Positions 13,236-27,355 of a stretch of 49,703 bases of DNA are shown here, piece after piece. Under the pieces are notes generated by a model. It ran no database searches. It was not told the origin of the DNA and saw nothing but the letters and a program-made list of their open reading frames with translations. Source of the DNA: Welwitschia mirabilis (lineage: Eukaryota); NCBI GenBank assembly GCA_051453625.1, contig JBOZIK010000001.1, forward strand, positions 33,074,030 through 33,123,732, read 5' to 3'. Position 1 is the first letter of the stretch. Every line of letters begins with the position of its first letter. Both the position numbers and the translations under genes were made by a program.

Positions 13236-14229
13236 TATGCATTAGAAGAGCAAATATTTTTGTATGCACAAATTTTTAAACTACCATACATCATAATGAT
13301 AATAATTTTTTCAATTCTAATGAATAAGAAAATAAATATTTTATAAATCAAATACTCTTATAAATAATAAAAAGAATAAAAGCCAAGGAAGAGTTAAAAT
13401 TTACTCTCTCATCCTTCTTGGTTTATGGATAATAGTGCATGTATTTATTTATATGCTTATTAATTTCAAGATTTATTAGAACTATCAACATAAAAAACAA
13501 GGAAAAAATATCATAATTGAATGTAGTACATTTGATTTTTATCCACTTCTTTATTAACTACATTAAACATTTACTTTTAACAAGTAATTTTTCATTTTAG
13601 GCTTAGATGAAATAAATGAATAAATGAGTAAAAAATATATCACATATCATTTAGGTAAATATTTTTTATGATTTTATATCTTATTATAAATTTTCAATTT
13701 AGTAATTTTACCATCTAAAGTAGATGGCTTCACATAAATGAGTTATTTGAGTTTCACATTTGAATAACTTTTCTTTATTAATTTTTCTCTAATGAGAAAT
13801 AAAATTTTTCATAAAATATTATCATTATTGCTATATTTAATCATAGATAATTAAATTATGAAAAGATACCAAAATTAAGGTTAATTACTTAAAATATTAT
13901 ACATGTATCTATGATTGAAAATTAGCCATAAAATCATTTAGTTAATAAATTAACATATTTAATATTTGAGGGTTTTTTTTCCTTTTCTTTTTGGTTGGCC
14001 AAGGAGTGGGAGACATTTAAAGGCAATGGAGGCATTAAAGATCTAGAAAGGTTTAGGCTTTCTATGTAGAAGGCATCTACATGGCTATAGTGAAGTGTGG
14101 GATCATAGCACAATGATAGCATTTTAAAAGTTGAAGGTTCAAGAAAGGCTCTTTTTTGCATTAAGGCACTTTGTTCTGTAAGCGTAAGCATAATGCTAAA
14201 AGGCTAGAAGACTTATCATGAATGAAGCA

Positions 14230-17200
14230 ACTGCTAGTCTTTGTAAGAGGTATCCTAGTCTTATCTGTGCCAGATAGGTATGTACTAGAGTAGAGTTAAA
14301 TCTTTATTTTTATTCCTTGGGGTAGTTTGTATCAGTAGGTTCTCATCCATAACTAGATCTTATTAGAGCATGGATGAGCTTAAAATGTAATGGTATAATC
14401 ACAATTCAAGTAGTATTGTTATCTAAAGATGTTTTACTTTTTTATTTCAATTAGATCTAGATAGAGACAAGGTCTTAAAAAAGGCCTCTGGTTCTTTGAA
14501 ACATGAGGTTTAGTCGTAGCTCCACAATTAGGGCCAAATATGATTAAAGTTCTTTAATAATGTACTATTTTGGATCAAGATCTTCACATTTGTTAATAAG
14601 TTATGGAAAGAATCTCTTCTAATAAAAGTAGCTCATAACTTTGGTAGGTTAATAAGGATAGATCATATAGTGGTGAATGCTTTCCATTTTATCCTGGCAC
14701 AATTCTATTTATGGAGAACATCTAAAAATAAAAAGAGAATTAGATAAGTATATTTTTAATTAAAATATGGATATAAAATATTAACAAGGGAGTATGAAAA
14801 CATACTAATCCCATGAAAATCATGTGAAAATCAAGAGTAGTTAGAGATATTCTATAAGTATAAAAAGAGTAAATGTGCTCACTATAATAAGGAAGGACAT
14901 AATGAATAAATATTATGGGAGAAATCTTAGTTTTAAGTTTTATTAAAAGCTAATACACCTAGAAAGTAAATTCTAAATGAAACAAAGGAAAGAATAAATG
15001 AAGAAAACAAAAGTTTAAAACTACAGTCTTAAATAACCATAATAGTTTTGAATTCCTAGGAATCAAATAAACTTGGATAATGAATACTAAGATAATTCAA
15101 GAATAGAGGAGAAGAGCAATGATGTACTAAGTAGCCCTCATAGATGTAAGGACACCTCCCCCTAAGTATAGGCAAATAAAAACCTAATCAACAATGAATA
15201 AATGGAGGAAGTTTCTTCACTATTCAAGGGGTATGATTTACATACTACAAGAAGTAGGTCCACTAACTATGAAAAAAGAAATAAAGAAATAAAAACAAAC
15301 TTAAAAAATAAATTGAAAGCCATACTAAAAGACATGATTAAAAAGCATAACAGCCATAGGAGAAAACAACAATAACCATACCCTCATGAAACATAAGGAA
15401 GATGGGAAGCTNNNNNNNNNNNNNNNNNNNNNNNNNNNNNNNNNNNNNNNNNNNNNNNNNNNNNNNNNNNNNNNNNNNNNNNNNNNNNNNNNNNNNNNNN
15501 NNNNNNNNNNNACACCTAGAAAGTAAATTTTGAATGAAACAAAGTAAAGAACAAATGAAAAAGAAAAATTTAAACTATATTCTTAAATAACCATAATAGT
15601 TTTGGATCCCTAGGAATCAAATAAACTTGGATAATGGATACTAAAATAATTCAAGAATAGAGAAGAAGATCAATGATGTACTAAGTAGCCCTCATAGGTA
15701 TAAGGCAACCTCCCCTTAAGTGTAGGCAAATAAAAACCTAATCAACAATAAATAAATGGAGGAAGTTTCTCCACTAGTCAAGGGGTATGATTTACATAAT
15801 ACAAGAAGTAGGTCCACTAACTATGAAAAAATAAATAAAGAAATAGAAACAAACTTAAAAAATAAATTGCAAGCCATACTAAAAGACATGATTAAAAAGC
15901 ATAACATCCATAGGAGAAAACAACAATGATCATACCCTTATGGAACATAAGGAAGATGGGAACCTTCTATAAATAAAATCTATACTCCATCTTATATAGA
16001 AGTGGAATGTAAATCTATTATATATTTAAGAAACTAAATTATTAACTTTCAAAAATGTAGTTTTATCTAACATTGAAATATAGCTTGTGTAGAGAGTATA
16101 AAAATAGCAAAGGGGTTCTTAATAGCTAGTAAAATCTCTTTTGATATCATTGAATAAGATACATGCTATATTAATATTTCCCTTAAGGACATAATTATTA
16201 CTAATTGTTATGATTCATAGAAACATGATGATCACATAAAATTGATTACAAGCCTCATCAATAAATTTTTAAATAAGAAATGAATCATTATTAGGGACTT
16301 TAACTAGTGCTTGCATTAATAAAAGAAATGATAAAGTAAATACAACAACGNNNNNNNNNNNNNNNNNNNNNNNNNNNNNNNNNNNNNNNNNNNNNNNNNN
16401 NNNNNNNNNNNNNNNNNNNNNNNNNNNNNNNNNNNNNNNNNNNNNNNNNNACATCTTAAATCTTAAGCAGATTTCTGTAAAAACTTCTTTTCTTATCTTA
16501 AGAAAAATCTCTCTGATATGATAAATAATATACTTCATAAAGAAATAATGAAGGAGCTGAATTATAAAAATATCATAGTTATTCCTAAAAAGTATAATGC
16601 TGTCAACTCATGGAATTTTTGTTTCATCTATGTTTGTAATGTATCTATAAGATTTTAAATAGTTCCATAATTCATAAAATAAGATCATTGTTTTTAAAAG
16701 TTATTAGAACTAATTAGATAGCTTTGTTAAGTTAATCTATATTTAAGATGAGATTATTCTAAATTATGAACTTATACACATGTGTAAAAACCCTAAATTC
16801 CCTATAATGTTTATCAAGTTGGATATAGAAAAAACATATGACTTAGTTAAGTAAATAATTCTAGTATAAGTTCTTATTGAAAAAATGATTTCTATTACAA
16901 ATGATTAAATTGTATCTCCATTTATGAAAGATTATTAGGTTCTTAGTCCAAATGAATGGCATTTATTATGGAGTTTTATTATCCTCTGATGGACTTAGAC
17001 ATGAAGAAATATCATCATCATATTTATTCATTTTGGTTATGAACATAATGAATGCCTTCTTTAATATATACAAACTGAGGATTACAATAAGAGATCAAGT
17101 TTTGCTTAATAATCATTATGCTAATAATATAATAATAATCATTAAGTCTATAAGAGAAGATGTTAGAGATATTATTTATAGTCTAAAGAATTTTAGCAAG

Positions 17201-18800
17201 ATGATGGATCTCACTATAAACTAAGATAAATTACATATTATTTTTTAAACATAAGAAGTAGTTGTAAGTTCCTCATTATGAGTGACATGGGTATTAGTGA
17301 AGGAAATAAGAAGATGTATACTTGGAAATCCTAGTGAAAAGCTACCATATAATAGGAATTTGAAATGCATTTATTTTTAAAAAAATAAAAATCAATGCTT
17401 AAGATGAAATAACAAATTTTATCTAAAAAAGCCAAAGTGATTTTACTCAATACCTATATTAGTTCTATTATTTAATTCACTAGTGCTTTTATCACCTCAT
17501 CCAAAAAGGTTTACTAACTTCTTAATAGAAGCTTCAGAAGATCATTTTAGTTAAAAAATAAGGATAATAATCAAGTTAACTTAGTAAAATAAAAATTCAT
17601 TAGCAAATCTAAAGAGTCTACTGCTTGATCATCCATAATAATGATGATGTTATGTTAATAAAGTAATGTCATATCCATAAGAAATTAAATGAAGACAATG
17701 TGATATGAGCCTATTTAATGGCCATTAAGTATGCTAATTTAGATGCATCTAATACCTAGATTTCCCTTCTATGGAAATACTAATAAGATGAAAAAACAAC
17801 TTAATGATCTTAGAATTACTCCTAAGTGAAACAATAAAAATTACAATATGGGGAAGAACAAGGGGCTAAATTTTTATGGAATGAAATTCTACCAAGAAAA
17901 ATCAAGATTTCTATTTGGCTTCTAAATAAGTGGGTTATTATTAATCCTAATAGGTTGCAAAAATTAAGGTTTTAAGTTATCAAATCTATACCCTATGTAG
18001 TAAGGAGGGCAAATCAATCCCTCACTTGTTTATCATTTGTAAGTGGACAAGAAGACTTATGGAAGGTTTGCATTCCAATATAAGTTTGATAAGACAAGAC
18101 TTAATTAAATCATAATTATAGAAATTATTCTTGAGAAATTATGTCTTTTTTAAAAATTCTTATTTTACCTTACTAAAAACTACTGCTTTCATTCAATGCT
18201 AGTGGAGAGAGGTGTACATGAAAATGGATAGACATCTAACACACAAGCCTGAAGCTTTAATGAGGTATTAAAAAAACATAGAGATATGGGAAATGATTAT
18301 TAGATGTAGATAAAAAATCATGCTAAGGAGGCCAAGGGGCTCCTCAAATAACTTTTTAGAAGATAATAATTATGATTTCAGAGGGTTTAACAATAAAACT
18401 TTTAAGGATTCTAGTGGAAGAAGAATCCATCAACCTAGAAATCCAAGGATAACTCATAGTGAAATCCTTCTATGATGGCCATTTAGCGAAGTTAAAGAAT
18501 GGATATCTCAAAAAATTACAGATTCTCCTATTTGGTAGTTAGCAATCAAAATGATTAACTAATATCTTATGTAATTTAAAAATCCTGTCAAGTTAAAAGG
18601 ATTATATTTCATTTTCACAAGACATTTGTAGGATGGTTTAAGGATGAATTTTTCATTTTTCAAGTTATACTATTTAAAAAAAAATATTTTCCACCACTCT
18701 AGGCTTATTTTAACATTATTAGATAATGCTTAAGGGAGCTTCTAGCATCTACAATAAGGCTTAGTTCCAACATCATGTTTGAGCTCATTTCTATGTAATA
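14230..18800 (+). mobile_element. Heavily decayed L1-clade LINE (ORF1 + ORF2 remnants)
   Basis: ORF1 DUF4283-like: DRDKVLKKGLWFF, FGRLIRIDH, EYENILIP*KSC. ORF2 RT and zf-RVT motifs follow in the correct order (next feature). Boundaries approximate. Confidence 0.75.
16550..18065 (+). pseudogene. Non-LTR reverse transcriptase and zf-RVT remnant
   Basis: ELNYKNIIVIPKK..NFCFIYVCNV (IPKK..FRPISLCNV), IKLDIEKTYDLV (KLDMEKAYD), SSDGLRHEEISSSYLFILVM (GLRQGDPLSPYLF), HYANNIII (FADD), and SIPHLFIICKWTRRL (ExxxHLFxxC). Confidence 0.85.
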
Positions 18801-18987
18801 AAATAGTAGTATAAAAGCTTGAAGTTAGCTATGCATAGTTCTTATGTTAAACCCTTCAAACCTAATCTAATTATCTTATCCTATATTTTTTTAAAAAACT
18901 ATATATATTAAGCTAGAAAATGTATGTCAGGGGGTGAAAACACCTAAGAATAACAAGACAATTGAACTATTCAGAAAAGGAAGTATT

Positions 18988-19175
18988 TGTAACACCCTGA
19001 ATTTCTTATGTTAAAAATCTTCATAACTCACTTTAACACTCTGATACCAAAATGAAACGACCTGAAATTTCTAAGTTGCAAAACTTCAAAACTCTATGTA
19101 GATTTGATACCAAAAATGTAAGGGTCCTAAATTTCTAAAGTTGGAAAATTCGAACTCACTCTAGTGTCTAAATTA
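18988..19175 (-). repeat. Tandem ~64 bp units, each containing an LTR tip and a tRNA-iMet PBS (chromovirus/Tekay-like junction)
   Basis: Units start TGTAACACCC (18988), TGAAACGACC (19053) and TGTAAGGGTCC (19117). The second and third are preceded by CTCTGATACCA / TTTGATACCA, the reverse complement of TGGTATCAGAG. Confidence 0.7.
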
Positions 19176-20249
19176 NNNNNNNNNNNNNNNNNNNNNNNNN
19201 NNNNNNNNNNNNNNNNNNNNNNNNNNNNNNNNNNNNNNNNNNNNNNNNNNNNNNNNNNNNNNNNNNNNNNNNNNNTAATTATCTTATCCTATATTTTTAT
19301 TGAAAAAACTTATATATATTAAGCTAGAAAATGTACATCAGGTGGTGAAAACGCCTAAGAATAACAAGAGAATTAAACTATTCAGAAAAGGAAGTATTCT
19401 ACTAGCTGGTAAAGAGGAAATTAAGAAACAGATCAAAATGGGTGCAAAATCATCCCTCGATGGTATAGTCATGGAAATCTACCTATCTAGTAGAGTAAAA
19501 GCTTAGAAAAAGAAAAAACATAGTACTGCTAACATACTAGGGATAATAAAACAAACCTAAAAGGGGAGGACTATGATCCTCTATAGAATGGGAACATGTT
19601 ACCATGGTTATGGTTGAGAAGGAATCTACTCAAATCATTAGAGAGGACTTCAAACACTTGATTTATATTCTTAAATTATTTAGCACCTACTAGATTTTTA
19701 TTTGGATGGAGACAAAGGGCTTTCTTCCTACAACTCGATTTAATGGCCTGAGATAGGACTCTGTGAAAGAGCCCAAACATGATAAAGGGACATCTCTTTA
19801 GCTTCTAAATGATTGTTAGCAACGCCTCCCATCTAGCTACCTTCATATCAATGTGCTCCTATAGTTGAGATTAGATTTCCACTAAAGAAGAATTTGAAGT
19901 GGATTTTTGTGGAGAGATGGGGCCTAAGGCTAGAGTAAGAGAGAGTTAAGCATGCCTATCTCACTCCTGAGAGTTGGGTGACGGTTGATCCTGAGCCATT
20001 TCTTGGGCTATGCTAGATTAAGGCTTCTCAGCTTTTTTTTATTAGGCTGGGGATGAAGACATTTTCCCTAAATGATCTGAGAGTAAGGTCTCTCCTCTCT
20101 TGTTAAGGATGCCATGTGCAGTGGTTTTCTCTAGAATAAGGTTCCTTTTAGAAGAGATTCTTCTTGTAGAGTACTCCTAGGGGAGTCTAGCAAGGACAAA
20201 AACCAGGGAGGAGGGGATGGAATCCTTTTATTTTAATTTCTTATACTAC

Positions 20250-20798
20250 TCTTTAAAGGGTCAAAACTAATCCAAGGTGCCTTGAAGAATCTTTGTGTTT
20301 AAGAACTTAGATGAAAAAGAATGATATTTTTACCTAATGTCCCAAGTTAAGAGCTTTGAGGAAAGAAAAATAATTACCTAAAAGTTTGGAGCAATTTCCT
20401 AATTGGATGAAGTAACAATCCACGAGTTCTGCACCTAGTCCCTAGGGGGACAGTAGCATCTTCCTACTAATATGCCCATTGGACGATTTAGAAACCCCAC
20501 TAGGGAAGAAGTGGAGTGCTTTACATTGCCCTCTACTTCTAAATGTAATCTACTTGCCTTCTGTAGGGATCTCTAGCAATCTGGAGAGGGATTCTTTAGT
20601 GATTTCTATTAGAGTTATTCAGAATGTAGTATGTCCTCCTCTCCATTGTCTATATAAGGGGGCGATATTAGCCCCCTAGTCTTCTTTAAGATTATGTAGA
20701 AGGAGTTCCCACCACACTGCTTGTACTTTCTCCTATAGAGTAGGGCATTCTTCAAAGAGGTCTGGATCAGAAGGACCAATTGTGGGTGTGGCTTCCAT
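20250..20798 (-). pseudogene. Decayed accessory (non gag-pol) retrotransposon ORF
   Basis: One frame with scattered stops: MEATPTIGPSDPDLFEEC...VQAVWWELLL...IEITKESLSRLLEIPTEGK...HISRKMLLSP*...CYFIQLG...VKISFFF...HLGLVLTL. A minus-strand TATA lies ~45 nt upstream (~20843-20852). Confidence 0.45.
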
Positions 20799-23700
20799 CT
20801 CAACTTTTGATTTGAAAGTGAAGGTAAATGATCCTCCTTATTATATTTATAAGAAAGGGTAGGGGGGCATTATTAAAAATTAGATTGTTTCTCATCTGCC
20901 AAATCTGCCAAAACATCATGTAGATCCCATATAATAAATGCATGTCATGGGTGTTGTAGGTTTGATAGTACTTCATCATTATGAAGATTAATTCTTTGCT
21001 TCAAAATGATGAGAAATATGTTGTGATGTTTCTAGATTAAACTGATAGATGGAATAGTTAGTGTCTACTTGGAATCCCCTTTTGAGTAATTGGTATCTAG
21101 TTAAAATTCTCTGGTGATCTTTTAACTAGCAAAAAACCTTAATTTTTTTTAAAGTTTATACCTTCAAATACTTTTTGTATGCATTCTATTTTTCACACTT
21201 CTTTAGAAGGATTTGTTTGGTTGAATTAAACTAATAAATGCTTAAATCAATAAGTTATTATCAAGCCTTACTGAGATGTTTCCTTAGATAGGACTCCCCA
21301 TGATCAATTATCCTATCTTTCTATTTGTAATTAATCAAATCACACTAGGGTTGATCTGCTTCTTGTAGTCTCTTTAAACTTCTATGTGCTCTAGTAAGGA
21401 TGTAATCTTTGGATTTCTAAATCCCCTAATCTCCTGATTTCTTTAGGCAAACAAGTCTTCCATTTGCAGAGATGAATTCGGTGGTGATCCTTTCCTCCTG
21501 ACCAAATAAAGTTAATTATCTTATTCTACATTAAAACCATCTTACCTTTATTCTTTTCCTATGGAGTTACCCCTTTGGAACTCCAAATCTAGTTTGTTTT
21601 CTCATCCTTATTTTTCTTCTTTCTTATCTTTTTCCTTTCCTCACCCTCACTTCCTATTTTTCCATGCTTATTCCATATGATTCTAAACCCTTTCCTTCCT
21701 CATATCCTAGTCCCTTCTTAATTCTGCTCCTTAGCCATCTACATTAGATTCTTTATATTCTCCACCTTATTTATCTTTCTCATTTGAAGATGGCTAGGGG
21801 TTAGTTTCGAATCTTGAAGACTCCCTTAATGAATCTGACATGATAACTTTAAACTTCTTATATAAATGTCCAATTAATGTTATAGGATTTTTACATTGTA
21901 TAATTAAAAAGGATGTAACCTAAAGACATTGGATGTTATTTCTTTACATGCATCCTAATTGTGTTCAAGGAATAGAATCCCAATTCTAGAAAGGCCTTCC
22001 CTGAATGTAGGAACTAAATGTAGCAGTTAAAGTGCTCAAACATCCAAAGGTTAAAGAAAGTCTCCCTAGGATGCACATATGAAAATTCTCAAATTGCATA
22101 GCTTGGGATAATTTCACCAATATTAGGTGATAAAGTCCTATAGATATATCTAGGCCAGCTCTAGAAAATGACTCTGTTAGCATTTTTAGCCCTAGATTTA
22201 ATTTTCGTCTAGGCTCTTTTCTCTATCTAAGGGGATCCAATCGTCCTGTTATTATCTTACTTTAGGAGTTAGATGATGAAACCCCATAAAATTATGATAT
22301 ACAAGTGGCCTTTATTTAAAAAAAATATTTGACATTTAAGTAATTAACAATTTATAGAAAGCGGAATATAATAGTTTAGTTAACATGATCTATAAAAGCT
22401 TCTTATCAACTTATTAAGCATTTTGTTCGTCTTATTACTATTATATGTCTATTTTAATTTAGATTTAATTTTTTTAATTTATTTAAAAATAAAAATAAAT
22501 ATAATTTTTATTTTTAAGTTTTTTAAAAATAATTCTAAAAAATATAGTTCTACTTTATAAAATGACCTTTTTATAAGACATAGTTCATAGGCTTGAAGTA
22601 TAAGGGAAATATCATAAACTTTTTACCTTAGCAACTACTATCATTTGTGTCAAAATACTACTCATAACAAAAACAAAAATCCCTAATATTAAATAAAAAT
22701 ATTTTGACCTTTCAGTTATGCTGCTAAAACATCAACATATGTATGAATCTAATGTTTTCCATTGATGCAAGCTCCTCATGAAAGAGATGATTTTATGATA
22801 TTCTTACATTTTTAAGGCTATCAGTTTTTTGAACATGAAAATTTTTGCTCTAAAGCTTAAAACTTTAGTTGTAATAATCTTTATCACCTTTTAAAAATAA
22901 ACAAATTTATTAATTATTTTATGGCTTTTAGGATTTTTAAATTTAAACCCCTTTCTTTTCTTTCTTTTAAGACTGTTATGCATGCATGTAGTCTATGTAT
23001 TTTATGATGATATTCCTTCTTATCAATTATTTTAGTTTTATTCTAACATCGTGTTTGTCATATGCACATGTGTNNNNNNNNNNNNNNNNNNNNNNNNNNN
23101 NNNNNNNNNNNNNNNNNNNNNNNNNNNNNNNNNNNNNNNNNNNNNNNNNNNNNNNNNNNNNNNNNNNNNNNNNTCCCTCCTTCTTATACACAGGTCAATT
23201 AATTTAGTTTTATGCTAACATCGTGTTTGTCATATGCACATGTGTTTTATTTTAAGCTAAAATCTTATTTATGTGCACATGTAGAATTTTGTTCATATTT
23301 AAGCATTTTGGTAAATTTTATGTTTTGTAGGAATTTTTTACAACTAGTGGAAGCCTATAACTTTATTTATCAAGTCAAGTTGGAATGTGAATCAAGATCT
23401 TTTAACTTGATTTTTGTTCACTTAAAGACCATTTTATACTTGTAATTTAGATATATTGAATTAAATTTGTGATATAAAACAAGATACACAAAAATTAGTT
23501 ATATCAAACTCAAGATTCTTTTCACCTTACCTTGTTTTTACTCATATACTTAATCCACCTAAATTTTAAATTTCTATTTAAATTTTAAAATTGATAATTA
23601 TCCACTCCTTAAACACACTTCTCTTTCATTGGTATTATTTTTAAATCAGTGATAGGCATAGTAAGTATTATGAAGACGAAGATTCATATTAGGCTATGTT

Positions 23701-25169
23701 GTCCTTTAAAGTTGTTATACAATATTTAACTATTATAACTACGTATTCCATGTTGTTTGTGAGTCATAACTCTTTTAAGTAAAAACATGTTAGGCATTCT
23801 AAATTCTAAATTCCCCTACGTGTCTTCCTAATCAAGTATATGTTAGATGAAGACTAAGGGCAGAGTGATAGGATTTACTTATATTTCATCAACATGTTAA
23901 TAAGCAAACATTGCTATAAGTTATTAACATTACATCGTAATCTTCCTTAAAAGGGATAATGTATCAAGATAATTAAAATTAATCAACAACTTTGAAGCTC
24001 TACTAATATGAATTGCAATTTGATTTTTAACCTTTTTTAAGACAAAGGTAATCCCATTATAAGGTATGTAGTGACTACCCAATTTAGAAGTAAGATCTAA
24101 AATTAATAAATTTTTCACTTCATCACATTAAGGATATTAGGGTCTTACATTAAAATCTACCTCATACACATATGGATTTATAACAAAATTATCTTTGCTC
24201 TTCTTTCACCCATAAAAGTTTTACATTCTTTTAAGGATTACCTTGCTTGATTATTATTCAATGGTAATTTGGATAGATCACTTCAATTTTGGATATGGGT
24301 AAAAAATAAGTTCATTCTATTAATACTAAAAAATTAAGAAATCACAAAAATAACTAATTAATATATGTTATAATGAATTAGTTATCTATATATAATATAA
24401 AAATTGATATGTTAATGCATCATTTGGATGCATATGATAACTACCATATGAAAAGTGACTAGAAAAAGATCACTAACTTCATACTAGACATAAAACTATT
24501 TTGACTCAATCTAATGATGATATTTAAATATCTTACACATGTTGCTATCAAGAAAGTAGAATTGGTAGTATGAATGCATTATAAATTATTTTTCTTTAAA
24601 TTCTTTTTCTTTGTATTTTAATTTTTTTGTCTTATGATTATTTTCATTTGTTATATAGAGTTGTATATCTTATTAAAACATATTACTTTATCATTTAAGA
24701 CAATAGTAAGAAAAGGACTTAGAATCTATAACAGTTTAGCCTTAAGCTATTTATAAATATTATGAATTATTTTTTATTATATTTTAATTTTTATAGTTTT
24801 GACCCTTTATGATATAATAAATTAAATATTTTAATTATATAAATAAAATTCTTAGAATTGATTTTTTATTAGTCAAGCTTAGTCCTTATAATTACTAAAA
24901 TTTTATCATAAAGGATTAGTACTTAGTTTTTATTATGTAGAACATGCTAAGACACTTTACTTTTAAATAAATATATGCTTTATAATAATACCTATGTCGT
25001 CATTAATTCCATCCATCTATGTTTAGTCTAAAACATGACGTATTTTTAAAAAATTAAAGCATAAATCGATTATAAGATAATAATATCAAATTTATAGAAA
25101 GTGATACATATTAAATTAAGTATTAAAAAAACGGGAAAGTTATTAAAAGAATGAGGATTGATATGGTTT

Positions 25170-27321
25170 CAAAGTGTGATGTTTTAAATGATCTACAAGT
25201 TAGGCTTAAAAAATTTTAAAGCATAATTAAAGTAACATAACACTCTTAACATAGTAGTGAGATTTGACTTGGATTCATAAAATTTGAGGAAAATGAGTTG
25301 GAAGATCTTATTCCAATAAGAAAAGAAGAATTAGAGAGAGATATAAATAGAATAGAATTGATCATGTTTTTGAATCATTAAAATGAAATGAATTAATAAC
25401 ACAATGATGTAAATGATATGATGTAATGTAATGAAAAATTATTATTCTAAATGAATGGAATATAATGCAATTTGATTAATCAAAACACTAATTTATTATC
25501 ATCTAGATTGGTTCTTAAAATCCATAACATATCCTTATTAATATCACTTTAAGTGTGAAGAAATACGTCATGGAAAATAAAGAATATAAAGAGAAAGAAT
25601 TAAATAAAGTATGCTTCATTAATCACTTGAAGAACAAAGTATTCTTACATCCTTTCATGACTAGTGGCACCTCAATGGAGGAATCTTAGCCCAATACCAA
25701 GTGAAACCCTTCTCAAAATCAAGATGAATCTTTCATTAATTAATCTCTAATTGTCAAAAAATTCAAAGTGCATTATTAATTAAAAAATAAGGTGTTTTAA
25801 TGGTATTAATAATTCTTAATTAGTAGTTGAGGTTACTAAAGAGTGTGATGTAAAAGGTCTCTTTTGAAATAGAATTTTGACAAGGTTTAATTACATTTTT
25901 AACAAATAATTAAATGTTGTTTAGGATCTCATCTCAATAATAAGGTGGACCATGGTAGAAAATTCTCCTTAATGCTTAACACCTATAAATTTTANNNNNN
26001 NNNNNNNNNNNNNNNNNNNNNNNNNNNNNNNNNNNNNNNNNNNNNNNNNNNNNNNNNNNNNNNNNNNNNNNNNNNNNNNNNNNNNNNNNNNNNNNNNNNN
26101 NNNNNNNNNNNNNNNNNNNNNNNNNNNNNNNNNNNNNNNNNNNNNNNNNNNNNNNNNNNNNNNNNNNNNNNNNNNNNNNNNNNNNNNNNNNNNNNNNNNN
26201 NNNNNNNNNNNNNNNNNNNNNNNNNNNNNNNNNNNNNNNNNNNNNNNNNNNNNNNNNNNNNNNNNNNNNNNNNNNNNNNNNNNNNNNNNNNNNNNNNNNN
26301 NNNNNNNNNNNNNNNNNNNNNNNNNNNNNNNNNNNNNNNNNNNNNNNNNNNNNNNNNNNNNNNNNNNNNNNNNNNNNNNNNNNNNNNNNNNNNNNNNNNN
26401 NNNNNNNNNNNNNNNNNNNNNNNNNNNNNNNNNNNNNNNNNNNNNNNNNNNNNNNNNNNNNNNNNNNNNNNNNNNNNNNNNNNNNNNNNNNNNNNNNNNN
26501 NNNNNNNNNNNNNNNNNNNNNNNNNNNNNNNNNNNNNNNNNNNNNNNNNNNNNNNNNNNNNNNNNNNNNNNNNNNNNNNNNNNNNNNNNNNNNNNNNNNN
26601 NNNNNNNNNNNNNNNNNNNNNNNNNNNNNNNNNNNNNNNNNNNNNNNNNNNNNNNNNNNNNNNNNNNNNNNNNNNNNNNNNNNNNNNNNNNNNNNNNNNN
26701 NNNNNNNNNNNNNNNNNNNNNNNNNNNNNNNNNNNNNNNNNNNNNNNNNNNNNNNNNNNNNNNNNNNNNNNNNNNNNNNNNNNNNNNNNNNNNNNNNNNN
26801 NNNNNNNNNNNNNNNNNNNNNNNNNNNNNNNNNNNNNNNNNNNNNNNNNNNNNNNNNNNNNNNNNNNNNNNNNNNNNNNNNNNNNNNNNNNNNNNNNNNN
26901 NNNNNNNNNNNNNNNNNNNNNNNNNNNNNNNNNNNNNNNNNNNNNNNNNNNNNNNNNATCCAGATAACTAGGTGGGTGATGGTATAGTAACTTTCTATAG
27001 TAACTTTTTGGTATAGTAACTATTATAGTATCTCAGCTATAGTGTTTTCATCCTATGATATGATTAAGATGACATGTTGGATGATTTTGTAGTAACATAC
27101 TATAGTGTTATAGTAACTTTGACTACTATAGTAACTTTACTACAATGATTTTCTATATTAACTTTGTCTAGATGAACATCTGATTTATTTAAATTATGCC
27201 TAATTTTATGCCTTTCATCCTTGACATCTGAAAGTAGTTAAATTAATCATAAAACCTATGCAATGAGACCTAGAATATAGTCCAAATAACATGGAAATTT
27301 AGCCAATTTGGCCTTGCAACA
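25170..27321 (-). mobile_element. Athila-related LTR 'C' (probably solo, spans a gap)
   Basis: Minus-strand start TGTTGCAAGGCCAAATTGG at 27321 resembles the start of LTR B. Shares the CTTGGTATTGGG...CTCCATTGAGG block (25668-25735) with LTR A. Left boundary uncertain. Confidence 0.6.
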
Positions 27322-27355
27322 AGGATTTACTTAGTTAATCTTAATAATTAAGTAA

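Noticed and set aside
18988-19175. CRISPR-like repeat-spacer appearance
   Set aside because: Eukaryotic context, only three degenerate units, spacers related to each other, repeat equals a retrotransposon PBS/LTR junction, and no cas genes.
21670-21740. Minus-strand GLGYEEGKGL, G-patch-like
   Set aside because: Too short and lies in purine-rich low-complexity sequence with no supporting flanking domains.
22280-24950. Possible MULE/MITE termini in an AT-rich stretch
   Set aside because: No matching pair of TIRs or TSD could be established.
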